Source: Candidatus Bathyarchaeia archaeon
GTDB taxonomy: Archaea > Thermoproteota > CALKCG01 > B24
Direction: 5' to 3'
Assembly: GCA_038870975.1 (NCBI GenBank)
Contig: JAVZJD010000002.1
Coordinates: 384,001-448,000, forward strand
DNA length: 64,000 bases
The position numbers were made by a program, and so were the translations under genes. The notes under the pieces were generated by a model, which saw only the letters and a program-made list of their open reading frames with translations, was not told where the DNA came from and did no database searches. Shown one piece after another: positions 58,737-64,000 of the stretch (position 1 is its first letter; the number at the start of each line of letters is the position of its first letter).

Positions 58737-60043
58737 ATCCTTACGTACTCTTCATAGATACGTTTTTGGACTGCATATACATAGAAGCTGGTATATGCGA
58801 CGAAGTGAATAAAAGAGTTGCACGTCACATATTAGGTGACTATTTAGCCAGTATTTACGAAGAAGTTAGCAAAGGTATAACTCCTGAAGAGTTTAAGATA
58901 ATCAAAAATATAGGATTTGACGAAAAACGTGTAATATATTACGATTTGCTCGATGGAATAGTCAAAGATCTTTCGACTCGCCTTGTCAATCTGATAGAAG
59001 AATTAAGAGCGTTCGAGAAAATTGAAATTGAAAGAACAACTCTTAAGGAATTATCTCACATATTAGAAAACTCTTTCAAAAATAAAATTAAAGAAATATT
59101 TAAGAAACTGGCCAAGTTTGAGGAAGAATCTAATGAAGTTATGAAAAAATCAAAAGCGAATTTTTCAGCCGTCCAGATTCTAAAGTTCTTGTTTAATGAA
59201 GCTTATATTTATTCTCGTCAGTATGATGTAGTATTATGCGCAAGCAAAGATAATATTGGAGGAAGACCGTTATATACTTTCTACTTGGCATTTTCAAATG
59301 AAATCTTACATCAAAATATTGATGAAAGGAGTATCATTGAACCTCTATTAAAAGTGAATTTATCTGATATAAAATATAAAGAATATAAAGAAGATGAATA
59401 TTATGCTAAAGATTTTTTAAAGGCCGCAAAGTTACTTTTAAGCAAGGATAAAGAAAAAATTAAGGATATGACTAATCTAATAATGAAATCTATCTCAAAA
59501 GATGGTAAAGTTGTAGAGGCTATTGAGAAAGTAATTAGTGTTGTGAAACAAGTAGTTAGTAAAATGGATAGTAATGAAAAAATGTTAGATTTAATTTTCT
59601 TAGATTTTTTAATAAATTACCTATTTAAAGGGCATCTTATTTTTGAAGTACTAATATACACCAGGCTCATTAAAAATGGAATTTTGGCTTTACCCAAAGT
59701 TGAAATATATGAAATTTCGGAGGAAGATAGGAAAGATTTAAAAGGAAATGTGCAAAGAGCGGAGCAGATTTGTGAGTGTGACGCCGTGGCTTTATTTGGT
59801 CCTGAAGATAACATGAAGTTGATGTTGATTGAGGTCACTACTAGAGATTTCCTGGACAATAAGGTAGGAAAAATAAAAGAATCTATTGATGTGCTTAAAA
59901 GTTGTGTAGGTGATAGACTGGATGTTTATGGGCTGATTATAGCTGATAAGCGATGCGACGTAACACCACCTCTTTACTTGATGACATTTGAAGAATTTTT
60001 AAAGGCGTCTAGTCACGACCTTTTAAATTTAAGAGGATCTTAA
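58715..60043 (+). CDS. Uncharacterised type III accessory protein: helical N-terminus + C-terminal PD-(D/E)XK-like domain
   Basis: Overlaps the last cas7; GHLIFE...ECDAV...LIEVTT; markedly AT-rich. Confidence 0.6.
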   Translation: MATRLELNPYVLFIDTFLDCIYIEAGICDEVNKRVARHILGDYLASIYEEVSKGITPEEFKIIKNIGFDEKRVIYYDLLDGIVKDLSTRLVNLIEELRAFEKIEIERTTLKELSHILENSFKNKIKEIFKKLAKFEEESNEVMKKSKANFSAVQILKFLFNEAYIYSRQYDVVLCASKDNIGGRPLYTFYLAFSNEILHQNIDERSIIEPLLKVNLSDIKYKEYKEDEYYAKDFLKAAKLLLSKDKEKIKDMTNLIMKSISKDGKVVEAIEKVISVVKQVVSKMDSNEKMLDLIFLDFLINYLFKGHLIFEVLIYTRLIKNGILALPKVEIYEISEEDRKDLKGNVQRAEQICECDAVALFGPEDNMKLMLIEVTTRDFLDNKVGKIKESIDVLKSCVGDRLDVYGLIIADKRCDVTPPLYLMTFEEFLKASSHDLLNLRGS

Positions 60044-60754
60044 GAAGAATTTTTAGCGCCGAATAAAGTTTAGCTTTTTAGAGGATTCTACGCGAAGTCA
60101 TTTTAGGATTTTTAACATAACTTGGGGATGGAAGTTCATAATCGTCCTGCTTTCTATTACGGATAGTGCAAGGCCACGGTTACGTAATACTTATTTATCG
60201 CGTCAAATACTGTCATGGCTTTTACTAGACGTGCAACTGCTTAAACGATCGAGCACCTCAATTGCTTCTATTGAAATATCTATACGCATTTTCGACTGCT
60301 TGGACGAATTCTCAGGTTTTATCGATTATGTCGATCTTAAATTAAGGGCTATTGCATTGCTTTTGAATATAAGTCGATCAAAACTTCCTTTTAATTTGAA
60401 TGCTCGATTTTTGTCCACACTGTTTTAATATATAAGATTTTATTCATCAATTTTTAATTCATAAGAAAATTCACTTAACTTGCACTGCTTCGTCCATATC
60501 TTTTTAAGAACATACAAGTATAAGTGGGTGAAGGCTGTGCTGTATGTTATTCACCAAGAATAGGGATGCAGAGTGGGATGGTTGTGAGTACAAGGTCATC
60601 TAGGATGCGATGGAGAGTTTGTCGAAGACTGCTTCACGTAAACAATGCCAAAAGTAAATCCTCCTCTTTCTCCTTACACTCCATCAACTCACATTATGTA
60701 GTAAGGGAGGAAAAGACTTAATTTGGCTCAATTATCAAGGAAGATCGCTCACAT

Positions 60755-61444
60755 CTATCTCTTTCCTTGGATCTTAGATAATTCTTCTGCTTCTCTGAGT
60801 ACGGCTAAGAGCCATTTGCGCGTCTTCGCGGACATTCTTTTAATTAGTTTATCGAGAGCATGGATATTTGACTCGCCCAATTCTAAAGCCTCGATCACCT
60901 GGTCTATGTGCCAGGGGATGGCGAATACGGGGAATTCTACGAGGCGACGCTTTTCAGCTGGCGGATGTAAAACGAGCTTTCTTCTATCCATAGGAAGTTC
61001 AAGTAGCTTAGTGACCTCTCCATCTCTTTCAAGTTCTGGGTCTGTGAGTATGTGTAGAATGCTCCTCACGCCGTAGAGTTGACCGAGTAAGGCCATAACG
61101 GCGGACATAGTCTTCCTGCCGCCAGCGAGACTGATGTATACGTCGTTTCCAGCGCGAACCTCCCTAGCTATAACGCAACCAACTTTTCTCGCGAATTCAG
61201 CGTTATCGTCCTCATCATATATGTCGCTACTCTTTATGTATATCTCCGCATCTCTCAACTCCACATCCGGATACCTTTCTCGAAAGTCTTCTCTTAGCAG
61301 AGGTATGCATTTCTCCCATATTATTGGGTCGCTCGTCGTAGCGAGGTAAACGCGACTCGATTTTCTACCAGTATCATTAAGTGCATCGATTGTGCTCGTG
61401 ACGACCCCGGGGGACCTCCCTAGAGATGCTATGAGGACCAACAT
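60755..61444 (-). CDS. Stand-alone CARF protein (NE0113/Csx14-like), probable cOA ring nuclease
   Basis: LIASLGRSPGVVT, DI, YISLAGGRKTMS, ILHI; no nuclease domain fused. Confidence 0.85.
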   Translation of the reverse strand: MLVLIASLGRSPGVVTSTIDALNDTGRKSSRVYLATTSDPIIWEKCIPLLREDFRERYPDVELRDAEIYIKSSDIYDEDDNAEFARKVGCVIAREVRAGNDVYISLAGGRKTMSAVMALLGQLYGVRSILHILTDPELERDGEVTKLLELPMDRRKLVLHPPAEKRRLVEFPVFAIPWHIDQVIEALELGESNIHALDKLIKRMSAKTRKWLLAVLREAEELSKIQGKR

Positions 61445-61469
61445 AGCACTTAAGTATGCTCAGTTGAAG

Positions 61470-61484
61470 GCTTTAAATTTTTCC
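61470..61484 (-). promoter_or_regulatory. BRE/TATA promoter of the CARF gene
   Basis: Minus-strand GAAAAATTTAAAG about 25-30 nt upstream of ATG 61444. Confidence 0.55.
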
Positions 61485-61543
61485 GTTGAGCTCGACGTTA
61501 TTTCAAACAGAAACAAGGTAGGGGAACGCTTTACCGAGGGTCG

Positions 61544-63998
61544 CTTTCAATTCTCTCTTTAGATGCAACTCAAGTTATATTGTACCGTACGTGCATAAAT
61601 GTTTTTCATTCTTTCAATTCTCTCTTTAGATGCAACTAGATATTCCCGCTGACGACCGTGACGCCGTTATACTTTCAATTCTCTCTTTAGATGCAACAGT
61701 AGTAATATGCGTCGCAATAGTAGCGATATACCACTACCTTTCAATTCTCTCTTTAGATGCAACGGACGTATATTCCCCGTCTTCTCCGATTCCTTGGCTT
61801 TTAATAGCTCTTTCAATTCTCTCTTTAGATGCAACATCGTCTAACAGTCCAACCTACCTCCACGCTGTTGATGTCTTTCAATTCTCTCTTTAGATGCAAC
61901 ATAGTTTGGCTTGTAGGAAGTATGAGGGGATAGTGTGCACTTTCAATTCTCTCTTTAGATGCAACATATTTCTCCGAAACCCCATAGCCGAACGGTCTGA
62001 CGAACTTTCAATTCTCTCTTTAGATGCAACAGAATTCAGCGTTCATGGAAGATATGACTTGAAGCTCTTTCAATTCTCTCTTTAGATGCAACAGCCTCAG
62101 CTCCAATAGTCGTAGCCTCGGCACTAGCATACGTGAGGACTTTCAATTCTCTCTTTAGATGCAACAATTGATACCTTCCACCCATTACCCATGGAATGCT
62201 TGGGTCTTTCAATTCTCTCTTTAGATGCAACGACTAAGAACGTGGATATACGCTTCTACCCAGACGACTTTCAATTCTCTCTTTAGATGCAACGGTAGGT
62301 CGGTGAGCCGCTGGAGTCCCTAGCCTCAACGTCTTTCAATTCTCTCTTTAGATGCAACACCTCCGCCTAGAGATGGCTATGGATAGGGTTGCAGATAGCT
62401 TTCAATTCTCTCTTTAGATGCAACAATTTACAAAAGAAGTACGCTGATAATTCCACGATTGTAAGCTTTCAATTCTCTCTTTAGATGCAACTGAGAAAGG
62501 TTGCGGAAAAGGCATGGAAAAACGGCGGTGTAACTTTCAATTCTCTCTTTAGATGCAACAGGCTATTGAAAAATTGAGTGATAAGATAGATAAGTTAGCC
62601 TTTCAATTCTCTCTTTAGATGCAACTGGAGTAGAAGTGAACAAGCTTGGCTTCGAAATCTACAACGCCTTTCAATTCTCTCTTTAGATGCAACATGGGCA
62701 AGACTGGTCTACCAGTGCTGGCGTTCATTAGAGCTTTCAATTCTCTCTTTAGATGCAACCTTGGAACACAATAAGGAAAATAGAATACGTTGGTAGCGCT
62801 TTCAATTCTCTCTTTAGATGCAACGGCGTCTGGTGCGTCATCTGAACCGTCTTGCCGTTCACATTCCTTTCAATTCTCTCTTTAGATGCAACGACATCGC
62901 AAATGACGAACGCTTGAAGGCTAAGACGCGTGTCTTTCAATTCTCTCTTTAGATGCAACGGCTTCACCGCCGTCGCGCTTCACCTTGAAGTGTATGTCTT
63001 TCAATTCTCTCTTTAGATGCAACTTATGAGCCTCAACTTCGTTGCGAACGCCCCCTCTATCTTTCAATTCTCTCTTTAGATGCAACTTGAAAAATATGGA
63101 AAATATGAAAAAGGTCTTCTCAGCTTCTTTCAATTCTCTCTTTAGATGCAACGGATCCAAATGCCGTAGGTTTCGAGCTGGGCGGTGAAATCATCTTTCA
63201 ATTCTCTCTTTAGATGCAACTTGATGTTCAGGGGGAGGCGGCATGTCGGAGTCTGAGACTTTCAATTCTCTCTTTAGATGCAACAGCAGAGCCCTGAGCC
63301 TCTCTCGACCCTCGCTCGGAGTCCCTTTCAATTCTCTCTTTAGATGCAACCGCGGACGTGGTTGATGCTTGGCAGTCGGTCAGGTGCTGCTTTCAATTCT
63401 CTCTTTAGATGCAACAACGGCGGACAAGACGGTGACCTACCACCTCTGGTGCACTTTCAATTCTCTCTTTAGATGCAACGACGTTGTAACACATGCTGTG
63501 AGGATGCTCCTAGAGATGCTTTCAATTCTCTCTTTAGATGCAACCTGGCTCAACCTAGACACGCTCAGCATATCGGGTCTTCCTTTCAATTCTCTCTTTA
63601 GATGCAACGAAGCCAGAGCCCTACGAGCCGAAGGGGTGGCTTGGAGTCTTTCAATTCTCTCTTTAGATGCAACTGCAAATCGATTGACGCACTGCTTTAT
63701 AATAAGCACCTTTCAATTCTCTCTTTAGATGCAACAACCAGGTCTGCGAGAGCATCCACGGTTCTGCCGGTTCTCACTTTCAATTCTCTCTTTAGATGCA
63801 ACAAACGGTATCCAGTACGTGAATATCTTGCTCTTACGCTCTTTCAATTCTCTCTTTAGATGCAACGAAGCAAACGAAGCTAACAAGCTCAACGCAAGGC
63901 TCTACATCTTTCAATTCTCTCTTTAGATGCAACTTAGATGAAGCAGGCGAGGAGGTTGTCTTCCAATGAGTGCTTTCAATTCTCTCTTTAGATGCAAC
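61544..63998 (-). CRISPR. CRISPR array, 38 repeats/37 complete spacers visible, continues past window end
   Basis: Identical 26-bp CTTTCAATTCTCTCTTTAGATGCAAC, spacers ~35-47 nt; the reverse complement ends in ATTGAAAG (8-nt handle), so minus-strand transcription and a leader beyond 64000 are inferred. Confidence 0.98.
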
Positions 63999-64000
63999 TT

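Noticed and set aside
61445-61543. CRISPR leader at the left end of the array
   Set aside because: Short, contains the CARF gene promoter, and the handle orientation places the leader on the right, outside the window
61630-63926. ORFs inside the array containing LSILSLDAT / LHLKRELK / VASKERIE
   Set aside because: Translations of the CRISPR repeat, not genes

Overview
Archaeal chromosomal DNA. BRE/TATA-type promoters, PaREP1, DUF2095 and URO-D paralogues suggest a thermophilic Thermoproteota/Bathyarchaeia-like host, but the taxonomy is inferred. 1-8.1 kb holds glycosyltransferases and a dTDP-sugar (rml-like) cluster. 8-45 kb is mixed sugar-catabolic and housekeeping DNA: fucose/arabinose-isomerase family, ADP-ribosylglycohydrolase, two URO-D family proteins, MgtA, NagA, PfkB, thioredoxin reductase, type II pantothenate kinase plus ECF S component, VapBC, dCMP deaminase, M42 peptidase and radical SAM, with two genes broken by single-base frameshifts. 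45.4-49.2 kb is a toxin-antitoxin-like island. It contains a solitary CRISPR-repeat-like unit, an inverted partner of that unit, an inverted repeat covering a start codon, and a 51-bp direct repeat. 50.2-58.7 kb is an eight-gene Sulfolobus-type III-D (Csm-like) effector operon: Cas11, five Cas7, Cas10 with intact HD and GGDD, and Cas5. It is followed by an AT-rich 442-aa helical + PD-(D/E)XK-like gene with no recognisable CARF/SAVED sensor, a stand-alone CARF (NE0113/Csx14-like, probable ring nuclease), and a CRISPR array of at least 38 identical 26-bp repeats that runs off the window end. No cas1/2/4/6 and no Csx1/Csm6-HEPN effector are in the window. The best novelty candidates are the sensor-less type III accessory nuclease and the solitary-repeat module in the TA island.
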